Below are positions 1-11,020 of a stretch of 64,000 nt of DNA, piece after piece. Source of the DNA: a virus; IMG/VR virus record IMGVR_UViG_3300045988_115476; one strand, 5' to 3'. Numbering within the stretch: position 1 is the first letter of the stretch; every line of letters begins with the position of its first letter. Under the pieces are notes generated by a model that did no database searches, was not told the DNA's origin, and was given only the letters and a program-made list of their open reading frames with translations. The translations under genes were made by a program, and so were the position numbers.

Positions 1-3000
1 TGGCGGTAGCGTTAATAACATCACATTCTACTCCGTCGATTTCCTTATATGCGGGCAGGACAAGGCCGGCTTCGGCCCGCTTGGTGTCACTTACCATCAC
101 GTTCATTCCCGTATCAACTGACGGCCATTGCGTTTGAGCAGCGCCCACGTTATTGTATGGCGAACCGATTGCGCCAATAAACTTACCACTGTTTGCGACG
201 ACCGTTCCTTCATACCGGCCGTTCTTGGCAGCCATATTCCCCTCTTTATCAATTTTGAAGTTGCCGTTTATGGTCGCATAGCCTTCCAGTTGTATATTAT
301 CGGCAAACAGTTTGATGCTCGACTTACCGTCCTCTCCCTTCACCTCAACACCTATGAGGGCAAACTTGCCATCACTACCCTGTGAATAGATACCGACTCC
401 AGTAGGCTTCACCATAATACCGCTATCTGCCAATACATTTCCGTCCTTGTCAAAATTCTGTGCAGCAATATTGATTAGCTTGTCACTCTGTTCGAAGAGC
501 GTGCGATACTTATAGGTGAGGCTATCCACTTTGTCTGTGCTTAGGACAAGCATGTACAGATAGATCTCGCCAGTGAACGACAACTTGAAGTCACCCGTGC
601 CGTTCCAAATACCTTCACAAGTGAATTGCTGGTAGCCGTCCGTCACACCGACCTCCTGCTCAATGTTGAACGATTCAAAATCGGCAAATCCCGTCTTATC
701 CACACCCTCAAAGGTGACTGTGAGTTTTCCAGCAGTAGCGCATCGGTAGAAGAAGGCAAGGTACACGGGTTGCGCCTCCTTCGTCCCGTCCGCATTCGTT
801 GGCATGTCGGGTTTCTTTGCGAGATTCTTATTCTTCTGACAGATGTACTTGTTCTTGATATGTACGACCGTACGGCCCATGTCCTTGACAACAATGGCGC
901 TATCGCCACGCTTGGATAGCACGTTATTGTTCGCATATATCCATTTATTGCCAACGAGGAAGAATACCGTCTCGTTCTGTGTGCCCCATTTGTCAAAGCC
1001 TTCGTTGAATGATGGGTTGCTAAGATACCCCCTGTCAGGCATGAGGTCTTGGCGCACGCCCTCCACCGCACTCTCTATCTTTCCGTCCGTAATCTCGAAA
1101 CGGGTCTTTACGTCTTCACCCGTCTCAAGCAGGAATGTACCCTTCAAAAAGGCATTGTCGCAATAAAGACCGTCACCGTTAGGCTGGTTCGAGGCAGGAA
1201 ACCAATCATCATTGATTCCGTCAAGGTTGCCAAGCCGGGCGCGAAGAGATTTATCAAATCCTTTGTGATTCACGCCATTCACGACATCTATGCGAGGATT
1301 TCCATCCTCTGTTGCTGAAATCAGGACGAGATTCTGACGCTTTGTATTGATGGTGTTGCCCATAAGGACACACTCGTCTCCTACGGCTGGAAGGGAATTG
1401 GTAAACTCGCTTTTGGGAATAATCACGCCGTCTTTCGTAACACTCGCCACCTCGGCCCAATAACTCTTCAAGTTTTTGCCTGTAAAGGTTTGGCAACGTA
1501 CAAGATCGTGGGCAACAAACGTGTTCTCCTGCTCAAACTCAATAACATAGTTGTCCTCGTATTCTTTGACGGACTTGATTTTTCCATTGGCAGCACTCAC
1601 GCATATCTGGCCTCCAACACTTCGGATTTTCTCGATCAGCAGCTCGAAAATAACCATCGTTTGGCGAACAGTAAGCCTATCAAGAGTAAGATTAGCGAGC
1701 TTTGAATCGTCTATCCAAAGCTTGAATCCGTTTCCGTTGAATCCGTCAACGAAGTTTGGCGTGCCCAAGTACCCGCGCAACTTCACAATATCAGTCTCAC
1801 ACATACCGTCATTGCCAAGTCGCGTGCCGTGGCCTTCCGCACCGCTAACGAATGTCCCGCTATCGGACACGATCACGTCGCCTTTTACTGTGGCGCGTCC
1901 ATTGCTCTGAAATTCGCCGACGGTTAGCCTGTACTTGGTCGAATCATCATGCAGCTTGGACAGATAAGCCTTATCAGTGATTGACATATTGATGTTAGAG
2001 CCGCCGCCAGCAAGGTTGGCAAGTGGCCTTACCACCTCTCCCTTGACAGAATCGACGATATTCTTTACGTCACTTTGGGTTATTTCAAGAGACTTGACGA
2101 GCTCCACATCAACCTCCATCAATACAGAGTTCTCTGCCTTGACCGTAAAGCTGCTGACAAAAAGCTCATATTGCTTGCCATTGTACTCAACCTTTATTTT
2201 TGAGTTTTCGTTCAACCTGCTCGCAAACGATGGATTCTCCTGCAAGAATACGCGAGAAAACTTGACATTGATGTTGAATTGGTCTTCGTTATTCTCGAAC
2301 ATATACTTGATAAGCGCATCATCCAGTCGCTTCTCTGCTGCCGTAACGAGTGAATACGGCGCTTTGATGCCCGTGATAACAAACTTTTCGCCCTTCTTTG
2401 GCTTGAAGTTGTTCGCAGCGTTAGGCATGATGATGCCAAGTGTGCTTGCGTCTTTTTTCAGAGCAATCCACAATTCATGTTTGCGGGAATCTTGGTTGTA
2501 TGTGTCCGACGCTGCCTCATCCGGAGAGAGAATATAGTCGCCAGTCTCTTTGCCGTCAATCTTTTTCAGGTTTCCGATAGCATCCGTGCTGACAGGATTG
2601 TAAAACTTCTTTCCATCCGAACTCTTGTGTGTCTGAATTTCGAAGCTACAAGCGGGACAGCCAATACTATCTACCAAATTGATTTTAGCGGTATCTGACG
2701 CCAATGCACTTGCGAAGAGGTCGAACCCAAACTCTCCGCTAAACTTGTGCAACTTCAAGTAGAAATAGGGATGAATGTAATTCCCACTATCGTCCTTGAT
2801 GTCGTTATCCTTTGCGTCAAAGGCCACATCGGCAATCTCACCGAACAGTTGGCCAAGGCCGTCGCTCTGTATAACGTCGTTACGGATTCCGTTGATTGTA
2901 GGCTTTATATCATCAAAAGAGACGCTGCCCTGATGGGGCTTGCCTACCTTGTACAAGTTGGCGAATTGATAAAACTCACCGCTTCCATCCGGCTTCTCGT

Positions 3001-4606
3001 ACTTACCATTCTCTGCCAAATAGAATCTGTTAGCGCCACCACTTTTTCTGTAGATACTCGGCATAAGGTTTTGGGACGGAAAAACAAACTTTCTATCCTT
3101 AATTTCCACCTTCGATGCTGTTTCCTCGCCAGTCAATCCATACGGCACAAAACCGTTGTAGTATTCCATCCCGCATATAGCAGGAACGGCCTTGGATATG
3201 TCGGCAAAGATTATCCCGCCATCGTCATACCTAAACGACATTCCTTCGGAATAGAACCAAAGTTCCCCGTCACTCTTTTGGCATGAAACGCCTATCGAGC
3301 CTTGAATGGATGCGACGATGTTGAGGTAGCCACCCGTATGATCACCGTCTGACACTTGTTCGCGCTCTTTTACATAATACGAAACAAGATGAACAAACTT
3401 GTAGTCGCCAGGAACGGGGCAAACAAAATTGTCGTCAAGTGAAACTTTCTCTGTTCTTGTCCCGTCAACAACTATCGAATATGACGATTCGACAATAGCG
3501 AAAAGGTTGTCACATTGATGCTTTTCGTAACGAACTTCACACCGTATTCCAGACAATTTGATGCGAGTGCCGGCATCACAATGTCCGATATGCCACTTTT
3601 GGGAAAATTCTTTAAAACACGGTTGGTAATTGCTCCACACTTCGCTGACATAGACATCAATGGTGTTGTCATACTGGCCATCCTTGATCTTGCAAAAGGT
3701 AAAAGTCCTGCCAATCGGGTTGTCCAGAGCATATAACTTTTCGAGATTAACCGTTACGTCCTCTTTGTCAATATTCGCAGTATTGAATACGGCAAGTCCA
3801 AACTCTCCATCATTGGGGTAGTATTCCGGTATATTGTCGGAAGAGCCACGGCCCGTGATCATATCAACAATCTTCGTGTTTGCATTCTCACGAGATATGG
3901 ATAACAATGCGTCATTGCGACCGTACCTCACAATGTCTTCATCGTTATCCGTCAAATCATGCTGGACTTTACCAACATGGCACACCGTTCCTACCCAATA
4001 GTAATCCAACTCAAACTCGGTATTGATGAGCTGAATCACATTGGTGATATATTCGTCCTCAAACGATATTTCCTTCACATCGTCCGTACCATATCCGTTA
4101 TCGACAACAACATAATACCCCCTATCCCCTTGGGCCTTTTGTGGAAAGTAAAGGCCACAGTAAGCAAGGGCACTATTGATTCTGCTGACAAACTCACGAA
4201 TAGTACCTCCAAACTGAAATTTGGTCTGATTGCTAACATAACGGTCTCCTCCATGGGTGTCCTTGTCATAGTCTGACACGACATCAAAGAACAATGTATT
4301 GTCAAGAATCTCCCTTCGTGACGTAAAGACAATCTCATGCTTGTACATCATGGATTCATTGTCCTTGCTCGAAGAAGGAATGGACGTTACGAAGAATCGC
4401 TCGCCAAGAAACTCTACAAATTCATCATACGTCCAATCATCATCAAGGGGACGCTCATAGTAGATGGTTGCCGTAAGCGTAGGCGCGCCACCCATACGCT
4501 TACCACTATAAGTATATGAGCCGACAATCGCCTCCTCGCCTTTGGCAGGAAAGCTCACGGCATTTCCATCCACAAGCCTTTGAATATGTAACGCGCTCGC
4601 CTTCAT
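1..4606 (-). CDS. Large phage tail/baseplate or host-specificity-like structural protein (partial, runs off left edge)
   Basis: Minus frame starting with ATG (cat at 4604-4606, MKASALHIQRLVDGNAVSFPAKGEEAIVGSYTYSGKRMGGAPTLTATIYYERPLDD...) reads open in the parts translated by eye. The track shows only short ORFs on other frames. Contains structural/tail-like segments (..GKSSIKLFADNIQLEGYATINGNFKIDKEGNMAAKNGRYEGTVVANSGKFIGAIG..). Confidence 0.75.
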   Translation of the reverse strand, partial: MKASALHIQRLVDGNAVSFPAKGEEAIVGSYTYSGKRMGGAPTLTATIYYERPLDDDWTYDEFVEFLGERFFVTSIPSSSKDNESMMYKHEIVFTSRREILDNTLFFDVVSDYDKDTHGGDRYVSNQTKFQFGGTIREFVSRINSALAYCGLYFPQKAQGDRGYYVVVDNGYGTDDVKEISFEDEYITNVIQLINTEFELDYYWVGTVCHVGKVQHDLTDNDEDIVRYGRNDALLSISRENANTKIVDMITGRGSSDNIPEYYPNDGEFGLAVFNTANIDKEDVTVNLEKLYALDNPIGRTFTFCKIKDGQYDNTIDVYVSEVWSNYQPCFKEFSQKWHIGHCDAGTRIKLSGIRCEVRYEKHQCDNLFAIVESSYSIVVDGTRTEKVSLDDNFVCPVPGDYKFVHLVSYYVKEREQVSDGDHTGGYLNIVASIQGSIGVSCQKSDGELWFYSEGMSFRYDDGGIIFADISKAVPAICGMEYYNGFVPYGLTGEETASKVEIKDRKFVFPSQNLMPSIYRKSGGANRFYLAENGKYEKPDGSGEFYQFANLYKVGKPHQGSVSFDDIKPTINGIRNDVIQSDGLGQLFGEIADVAFDAKDNDIKDDSGNYIHPYFYLKLHKFSGEFGFDLFASALASDTAKINLVDSIGCPACSFEIQTHKSSDGKKFYNPVSTDAIGNLKKIDGKETGDYILSPDEAASDTYNQDSRKHELWIALKKDASTLGIIMPNAANNFKPKKGEKFVITGIKAPYSLVTAAEKRLDDALIKYMFENNEDQFNINVKFSRVFLQENPSFASRLNENSKIKVEYNGKQYELFVSSFTVKAENSVLMEVDVELVKSLEITQSDVKNIVDSVKGEVVRPLANLAGGGSNINMSITDKAYLSKLHDDSTKYRLTVGEFQSNGRATVKGDVIVSDSGTFVSGAEGHGTRLGNDGMCETDIVKLRGYLGTPNFVDGFNGNGFKLWIDDSKLANLTLDRLTVRQTMVIFELLIEKIRSVGGQICVSAANGKIKSVKEYEDNYVIEFEQENTFVAHDLVRCQTFTGKNLKSYWAEVASVTKDGVIIPKSEFTNSLPAVGDECVLMGNTINTKRQNLVLISATEDGNPRIDVVNGVNHKGFDKSLRARLGNLDGINDDWFPASNQPNGDGLYCDNAFLKGTFLLETGEDVKTRFEITDGKIESAVEGVRQDLMPDRGYLSNPSFNEGFDKWGTQNETVFFLVGNKWIYANNNVLSKRGDSAIVVKDMGRTVVHIKNKYICQKNKNLAKKPDMPTNADGTKEAQPVYLAFFYRCATAGKLTVTFEGVDKTGFADFESFNIEQEVGVTDGYQQFTCEGIWNGTGDFKLSFTGEIYLYMLVLSTDKVDSLTYKYRTLFEQSDKLINIAAQNFDKDGNVLADSGIMVKPTGVGIYSQGSDGKFALIGVEVKGEDGKSSIKLFADNIQLEGYATINGNFKIDKEGNMAAKNGRYEGTVVANSGKFIGAIGSPYNNVGAAQTQWPSVDTGMNVMVSDTKRAEAGLVLPAYKEIDGVECDVINATA

Positions 4607-4608
4607 TT

Positions 4609-6123
4609 CTATTCGTTAACAGTTTCCTTAGTCTGAATACGTCTCTCTTCCTTCTCGGGAGCAACCGCCTCGTTGCCCATACGGATTTCCTCGTCGGGAG
4701 TTGATACCGTGTTCTTCTCCACGCCTGTCTTCGTTGAGATAAGTCCTGCTCCACGAAGCGTGCAAAGCATCTGGTTCCATGCTGCCTCGTCAAACGGTTG
4801 CCACGTCTTGAAGGAAGTGCTGATACGCATTTCCTTGAAATCTGTTATGGCAGTCGGATTCTCACCAGACGAAACAAGTTGCTTGGCAAGTCCCTCCTTG
4901 AAAAGACGGGAATGTTTGCTGACGAAGTTCTGCCACTCAATGACAGCATTTGATGCAGTCTCAATATCAAGCGAACGGGTCATTTGAATGGCCAGTCCAC
5001 TAATGTCTCCACTCGACTTAACGTCCTTCGGAAGGATGAATGTACAACCGCACCCAATCTGAATCAAATCAAGAATGGACTGCAAAAACTCTATCATGTT
5101 TGCAGGAGAAGGAGGTGCTTTGAACTCGGCGCTTCCCTTGCCGTCAATGCTGGAATCGTTCAAGATGATTGAGCCGGCTATCTTCTTGGCCGTCTCGTTG
5201 AACTTACCCTTGATGTAGAGAATACCCCATCCATGACGCTTCTGAATCACGCCAAAGATATTGTACATAATCTCAAACAATTCGATAAGATTCTGCACAT
5301 TGTTCCATGCTACATCACCACGCTTCGTAACAAGCGGGCTCTCGGAGAAGCCATGGACCTCCTCGTACTCCAAATTCCAACCCCGTTTTATCTCTTGCGT
5401 ATCAACGTCTGTAACAAAAGAATCCGTGAAATGGTAATGCTTCGTATCGTCGTAAGCATCAATGTGCCGAACATTGTCCTCCGTTCTGTAGTACACACAG
5501 TCAAGCAGAGGCTCGCCATTATCATCCTTGTGCGTAATGATTTGGTAGCCGTCGGAGTAGGAGAAAAGACGGGACTTCACCTCGTTCTTCTCATTCATAT
5601 AGATAAGGAGGCCAACGTCGCCATTGCTCTGTTGGATCGATACGGCTTTAGTGCCAATTCCGTCCTGGTTGCTATTCTCCCAATGCCATTTGAAGTCGGC
5701 AAAGTTTTTCTTCAACTTCTCACTTGGGTTGCTGTCGTGAAGTACATGAACACGCTTGTTTCCACCAAGAGAAAGCACGACTTTCTCCAAAATCCGCTTT
5801 TGGAACGGGATGCCGATACGCTGGAACTTAATCTCTTGGTAGCCGCCATCGTCGAGTTTCACGCATATACTCGGGAGGTTGTTGTCAAAAATGACATCAT
5901 GGCTATACGGGTCAAGCTCCTTGGCAAACCGCTCCTGGCTGATAATGGTCTTGCTTACATGTGGAAGAATGGCCTCTCTGCGATAGTCCGTTCTTGTGTT
6001 CGCGCCGTCGGTAGAATCATTAACGGACACTACGGACGTTCCTCTCAAAAACGGCTTCTTCAAAAGCAGCTTCTGAGGGTTGTTCAAAAAGTCGTTAATT
6101 ATATCTTGTCTCTTCCTACTCAT
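4609..6123 (-). CDS. Phage portal protein (SPP1 gp6-like)
   Basis: 504 aa, position between tail/terminase genes, portal-like segments (YNIFGVIQKRHGWGILYIKG, SSGDISGLAIQMTRSLDIE). Confidence 0.75.
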   Translation of the reverse strand: MSRKRQDIINDFLNNPQKLLLKKPFLRGTSVVSVNDSTDGANTRTDYRREAILPHVSKTIISQERFAKELDPYSHDVIFDNNLPSICVKLDDGGYQEIKFQRIGIPFQKRILEKVVLSLGGNKRVHVLHDSNPSEKLKKNFADFKWHWENSNQDGIGTKAVSIQQSNGDVGLLIYMNEKNEVKSRLFSYSDGYQIITHKDDNGEPLLDCVYYRTEDNVRHIDAYDDTKHYHFTDSFVTDVDTQEIKRGWNLEYEEVHGFSESPLVTKRGDVAWNNVQNLIELFEIMYNIFGVIQKRHGWGILYIKGKFNETAKKIAGSIILNDSSIDGKGSAEFKAPPSPANMIEFLQSILDLIQIGCGCTFILPKDVKSSGDISGLAIQMTRSLDIETASNAVIEWQNFVSKHSRLFKEGLAKQLVSSGENPTAITDFKEMRISTSFKTWQPFDEAAWNQMLCTLRGAGLISTKTGVEKNTVSTPDEEIRMGNEAVAPEKEERRIQTKETVNE

Positions 6124-6694
6124 TGCTATGATCTGTTACTTGTTCGTTATCAAAATCTTCATTGTTCTCCGACGGATCTATGAGGCCGTAATGGGTGCAG
6201 CAAGCCTTCTTCGCCGGCCAATAGTTGCACTCTCGGTTGGTGTTAGGACAAACAATGTCGTGCTTGCTCGGAACTACGATGATGCGCCTTTGCTTTTGGC
6301 TCTCCTCCATCTCAAACTTATCGTTCAACTTCACGCGAATGTCGGCCTTCATCTTCAAAGCATCCTTGGCCTCCAAGTCTCCAGCGTTGAACGAATCCTC
6401 AATCTGCGTGAGCATTTTGAGCAGCTCGGCCTTGTTCTCCTCTCGCGTAATGGTTTTGTTGGTGACAACTCCGACACCGAAAGGCTCAAGCAAAACGAGT
6501 AGCTTCTTGAATCTCGGCGTATTGTAGAATCGTTCAGCGTCCTTCTCGCTCTTGTTGTAGGCGAGGCGGTAGGCGAGCGACTTATCCTCAAGCGAATCGC
6601 ACAGCACGGCAAATGCCACATCTTTTTCTGAGACAGATTGCCAATCCATGCGTGCGGATTCCAAAATCATTCTTACATCTTCTTTTTTTATCAT
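6116..6694 (-). CDS. Small protein upstream of portal; possible small terminase subunit
   Basis: 192 aa, immediately downstream of TerL; N-terminal FAVLCDSLEDKSLAYRLAY resembles a TerS-like helical DNA-binding start. Confidence 0.4.
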   Translation of the reverse strand: MIKKEDVRMILESARMDWQSVSEKDVAFAVLCDSLEDKSLAYRLAYNKSEKDAERFYNTPRFKKLLVLLEPFGVGVVTNKTITREENKAELLKMLTQIEDSFNAGDLEAKDALKMKADIRVKLNDKFEMEESQKQRRIIVVPSKHDIVCPNTNRECNYWPAKKACCTHYGLIDPSENNEDFDNEQVTDHSNE

Positions 6695-6706
6695 AAATCA
6701 ATATCT

Positions 6707-9373
6707 TTAATACCACATTGTTTCGTCGAAAATGCTCTGCTTACCACGTCGGTCGCTATCCATATCGCTCTCCTCATAAGCGGCCTCAAAGCCTCGTTGA
6801 AGTTCCGTGCCATACTCCATATCCACACATGGGTACATACGCATGGCGCACGGGTCAACCACATCCATAGAACGCCCTTTGCCAAGGTTGCGATTCATGT
6901 CCTTCTTGTTCATCAATCGCTTCTTTCCCGACTGCATTTTGAAGAACCGTACTACGCTACATTCCTCAAGAAATTCGTTCTGAAACGTAACACGATACTT
7001 TAAGTTTTGGTGAGTATATGTTGAATTTGCCACCACATCGGAGAAGGTCAACTGGCCACGCTTGATCATGTAGCACAGACGCATGTAGCAAATGTCTTTG
7101 AGCGTCATTCCCGTAAGAGCGTACATGCCTATAGCACGAGAAGCTGAAATGTACGGGATCGCGTCGGGTATGTAGTCGCTGAAATATCGTCCAGCAGTAG
7201 CATCATAGATAATGTGGCTCTCTGATACTCCATTTCGGGCCGCGAACACTTTTGCCTTTTCTGCGTTAAGCCTTGGTGTTGTCTGCATGGCTATCTCTAT
7301 GTCGAAACCGTGAAATCCATTCCACGCAATCATTACGGTGTTGTCACTTCCGTAGTCCGCAAGGTCGACTGTAACCCACTTGTCTCCATTGACGGCAGGG
7401 TCGTTCAGGAACACATCGCGGGCAGATTGGCTTGGTATCGGTATGCTTTCTTCCTCATCGGGATCAACATTGAAGTTTCCCTCCATGAGGGCCTGCGCCA
7501 TCCTTCCACCAGATGCAGCAACAGAACCGAGGTAGCCCGCATTGTTCTCAAGCATCTTTTTGTTTGATCCGAGTTTTCCCTGATAGAACACAAAACTCTT
7601 GATCATGACCTTATAGTCGAAGTTTCCACCAATGGCCTTCAACTTTCGGTCAATATCTATCTTACACCGCTCATAGACTTCACGCTTGGAATCACCCCAT
7701 ACGACATCCTTGACGGTAGGCCCATTGCAATAGAAATAGCGTACCTTGCCTTCACGTTCGGGTATGATGAATCCGTCCGCGCCGATATACCAATCAAGAA
7801 AAATGCGTGACCAATGGCTTCTTTTGGGGTTGAGTGTGGCAAAGAACTTTCCCGTGAATGTTTTGCTTTGGCCGCGGTTTCGCGTCATCACATAAGAAAA
7901 CACCTCCCATGACATCTCGGTCAACTCGTCAATGGCAATCATGTCGTACTCCCATCCCTTTGCACGCTCACGCAACTTGTCCATGTTCGAATCGTCAAGG
8001 TACGTCAGGTCAACGAACGTTCCATTTGGAAATGTAACGCGCGGATGCTCGCTCTCCTTAATCCGAATGAAGTCAGTTCCGAATATCTGCTTGAACTTCT
8101 CGACAAAGCCACCACCAACCTTTTGGTTTCCAAGCGAACGACGAGAGATCATTGCACGAAAATCTGGGTCTGTCATAAGAGGCTCTGCCATCGCAAGGAC
8201 AAGGCCAAAGGAATTGTGGGTAGTGATATAATCATCCGTGATATACAAATGTTTAGCATCGTCAACCAAGATACATTGGCACTCGTCCCTTCTAACCTTC
8301 TTGATAGATATTATTCTTGAATGATCATTGCTACGAGCGTAACTTCTTCGTCCATTCCGTTCTTTGTTATATCTGGCTTTATGTTTTTCGCTCGTAAATA
8401 TAAGATCATCCGTCCGAATAACAATGTCGTATGCGACGCCTTTCGTGTATTTGTTGGCCCTTCTATCCTCTCGACAAGAGCACATATAACCAAGGCTTCG
8501 GCACAACTCAATGAATGTATCTTTTAGCTTTTCACTTGTCGTGCTAAAACTGTAGCTATTGTCGTATGGCTCTACGCTCCCATCGGTATCAAACAGACCT
8601 GCAAGGAGTTGCTTTCTTTGCTCAATGCTGGCATGCAGATATTCTTCTGGAATGAACTTGTTGTACGAGTAATCAAGCAATCCTTTTTCTAACAGAAAAT
8701 CTCTATACTGCTTGTAGTGTGGAGTAAAGAAACTCTTTGTGTAGCAAGTTTTGTTGATGTATATCTTTGTCGAATCGGTTAGAGAATACACCTTATCTAT
8801 TATATCCTCTTCACTGTTTGATATTTGAAAGTAATGTCCGTTCTTCCAATTTGTCAAACAGCCATCCCCAAGCATAACTCCCAGTACATAAGGTGGAATC
8901 GGTAAATCTTTCTCGCTGAACTCTATAGCCTTATTGTTCGGAATAAAGTACCTCTTACCTTTTGCAAGACCATCAATCAAATCTTTCGTTTGCAAGGTCG
9001 TAGTCCATCCCCATTCTTTGTTATGCGCACGATACTTGTGCACCTGTTTTGGGGTTCGTACCGTCCACAGATGCTCAAGGCCACACTCACACTTTCTTCC
9101 GTCTAAAGTTTCAAGCTCGTACACATCCTTTATCCCTTGCGGGAACACACTTATCACGGTGGCAACTCCATCAAAGGGAGTCATCACCTTTGAGCCTACT
9201 TTCATGTCACCCATAGTTTGCCATCCCGATGGTGTCAAAATCTTTGCATTCAAAGGCTGCTGCTTGCCTCCCCCGAGATTTCCGCCACCGAAAACCACGT
9301 CAACATTGCTCTGAACAAAGGATTTCTGAAAACCCTCCTGCGGCTCAATCGTTATGTCTTTTACACTACTCAT
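6707..9373 (-). CDS. Terminase large subunit interrupted by an in-frame intein
   Basis: 888 aa; GGGNLGGGK|intein|SFGLVLAMAEPLM restores Walker A; MIAIDELTEMSWEVF Walker B region; nuclease-domain-like WVTVDLADYGSDNTVMIAW. Confidence 0.9.
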   Translation of the reverse strand: MSSVKDITIEPQEGFQKSFVQSNVDVVFGGGNLGGGKQQPLNAKILTPSGWQTMGDMKVGSKVMTPFDGVATVISVFPQGIKDVYELETLDGRKCECGLEHLWTVRTPKQVHKYRAHNKEWGWTTTLQTKDLIDGLAKGKRYFIPNNKAIEFSEKDLPIPPYVLGVMLGDGCLTNWKNGHYFQISNSEEDIIDKVYSLTDSTKIYINKTCYTKSFFTPHYKQYRDFLLEKGLLDYSYNKFIPEEYLHASIEQRKQLLAGLFDTDGSVEPYDNSYSFSTTSEKLKDTFIELCRSLGYMCSCREDRRANKYTKGVAYDIVIRTDDLIFTSEKHKARYNKERNGRRSYARSNDHSRIISIKKVRRDECQCILVDDAKHLYITDDYITTHNSFGLVLAMAEPLMTDPDFRAMISRRSLGNQKVGGGFVEKFKQIFGTDFIRIKESEHPRVTFPNGTFVDLTYLDDSNMDKLRERAKGWEYDMIAIDELTEMSWEVFSYVMTRNRGQSKTFTGKFFATLNPKRSHWSRIFLDWYIGADGFIIPEREGKVRYFYCNGPTVKDVVWGDSKREVYERCKIDIDRKLKAIGGNFDYKVMIKSFVFYQGKLGSNKKMLENNAGYLGSVAASGGRMAQALMEGNFNVDPDEEESIPIPSQSARDVFLNDPAVNGDKWVTVDLADYGSDNTVMIAWNGFHGFDIEIAMQTTPRLNAEKAKVFAARNGVSESHIIYDATAGRYFSDYIPDAIPYISASRAIGMYALTGMTLKDICYMRLCYMIKRGQLTFSDVVANSTYTHQNLKYRVTFQNEFLEECSVVRFFKMQSGKKRLMNKKDMNRNLGKGRSMDVVDPCAMRMYPCVDMEYGTELQRGFEAAYEESDMDSDRRGKQSIFDETMWY
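8213..9262 (-). other. Intein with LAGLIDADG-type homing endonuclease (350 codons, TerL residues 38-387)
   Basis: Begins QQPLNAKILTPSGWQTMGDMKVGSKV, endonuclease motifs YVLGVMLGDGCL and LLAGLFDTDGSV, ends HLYITDDYITTHN|S. Confidence 0.88.
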
Positions 9374-9517
9374 ACTGCAAAAATACGAAGTAACACATTA
9401 TTACATATATCGAAATAAATATTTATTGGTCAGCTGACCAATATAGTTCGCATTTTATTTTTTTACTGTTAGTTATAGCCGTATTTTTGCAGTACATTTG
9501 TTAAAATACGAGAAAGA

Positions 9518-10186
9518 ATGAAGTTTACAAAGAAGCAACTTTTAGACACCCTAAAGGGTAAGCTCACCGCAAATGGGAAACACCTTTCCATTAGCGACAA
9601 AACCATTACGAGCCTTAGTGATTCCCACTACGACTTGTTGGTTAACGAAGAGACGGAACTGGACGACTTCGTGTCGAGGATTCTTCCGCAGTTTGTCACG
9701 CTTAATGGCAACTACGAGAAGGACAACGCCGACTTCATCAAGTCTTGGCAGAAGGATCACCCTTCGGGCAATGGCGGCAAAGGTGAGGGCAATGGCAATG
9801 CCGACGACAATGGTAACGGAAACGGAAATGGTAATAGCGGCGGGAGTAGTCCCGAGCTGACTGCATTGCTCGAACGGCTCAATAAGCTGGAGGAGAAAGA
9901 AGCCGCCGTTGAGGCCGAAAAGGTTCTGTCTCAGAAAAGAAGTGAACTTCGTGCCAAGTTGAAGGAGAAGGGTGTGAAGGACGACAAGTGGGCGGAGACG
10001 TACTTGAAGAAGCTGACCATCACGAATGATTCAGACCTTGACAAGGAGGCCGCAGACGCTTTGGAGTTCTACAACATGGCCCATTCGTCCACCACGCACA
10101 ACACGCCTGGAGGCAGCGGCGGTAGCGAGACGAAGACGGACTGGTCCGACGTAATCAACATCATCAACCCTGACGCTGGCAAGTAA
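9518..10186 (+). CDS. Putative capsid scaffolding protein
   Basis: 222 aa, Gly/Asn/Asp-rich linker plus coiled coil, directly upstream of capsid genes. Confidence 0.5.
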   Translation: MKFTKKQLLDTLKGKLTANGKHLSISDKTITSLSDSHYDLLVNEETELDDFVSRILPQFVTLNGNYEKDNADFIKSWQKDHPSGNGGKGEGNGNADDNGNGNGNGNSGGSSPELTALLERLNKLEEKEAAVEAEKVLSQKRSELRAKLKEKGVKDDKWAETYLKKLTITNDSDLDKEAADALEFYNMAHSSTTHNTPGGSGGSETKTDWSDVINIINPDAGK

Positions 10187-10213
10187 CAGTTTTCACCCTT
10201 AATTACAAGAATC

Positions 10214-10978
10214 ATGGCAAAGAATGATGATTTTTATTTGAATCGCGGCATTGGCGGTTATTTCAGTGGCCGCACCCTCATTCAGGCAAGCGGTAAGATT
10301 GGCGGCCATCGGTCTGTCTTCGTGAATATCGTTGGCAACCGCAAGGACGCGCTCCGTTATCCTACGTTTGGTGGCGTGCTGCTCAATCCGTTCAAGGGCC
10401 GTGCGAAAATCAACGCGGGCGACCTTGTGGAGTACGACCCCGGCATTGAGGATCCCGAGACGGGCCCTTCTGTGAAGATCATGAAGATTTTCGAGCTCGC
10501 CAAGAATGTTGTCGCTACGGACAAGACCATCAAGATCGTTCGCAATGGCTACCGCCACATCCCCTTCATTGGAGACAATATCATGGCCGCGCCTTCTACG
10601 CTCGACGGCAAGGGTACGGGAATCACCGTTGTTGGTGTCACGGAGACAAAGGAAAGTGGCGTGGACGTATGGGAGCTTGCCCTCGGCGCAGAGTTTGGGG
10701 CTACGGCGAAAAAGGGAGACATTTTGGTCGAGGCCGCAAAGGCAGGTGCAGAAACCACCGCAATGGTGACTAATCCCAATGCCTACGCGGATTCCGACAT
10801 GGACTTCTTCTACGACCCGAACATCTCTCGTTCGTCCGAGGAGTATGGCGCACAGTATTCCTTCACGCCGGCCTTGGCCAACTCCGACACCATCCTGCAC
10901 TTGAAGAAGATCAACAAGTTGCCGCCCGCCGTCCTCGCTCTCAACCAAAGCAAGGTGAAGGGCTGGTTCTATCTTTAA
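10214..10978 (+). CDS. Putative head/decoration protein
   Basis: 254 aa preceding the major capsid candidate. Confidence 0.45.
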   Translation: MAKNDDFYLNRGIGGYFSGRTLIQASGKIGGHRSVFVNIVGNRKDALRYPTFGGVLLNPFKGRAKINAGDLVEYDPGIEDPETGPSVKIMKIFELAKNVVATDKTIKIVRNGYRHIPFIGDNIMAAPSTLDGKGTGITVVGVTETKESGVDVWELALGAEFGATAKKGDILVEAAKAGAETTAMVTNPNAYADSDMDFFYDPNISRSSEEYGAQYSFTPALANSDTILHLKKINKLPPAVLALNQSKVKGWFYL

Positions 10979-11020
10979 GTTTCAGTCTCACAAACAGGTA
11001 AAAAATTAGTATTTAGGATT

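Noticed and set aside
626-919. Plus-strand ORFs across 1-4600 (e.g. 626-919, 1977-2537, 2747-3286)
   Set aside because: They lie antisense to one long open minus frame encoding a structural protein.
10199-10948. 249 aa minus-strand ORF
   Set aside because: Antisense shadow of the 10214-10978 head gene; composition looks like reverse translation.
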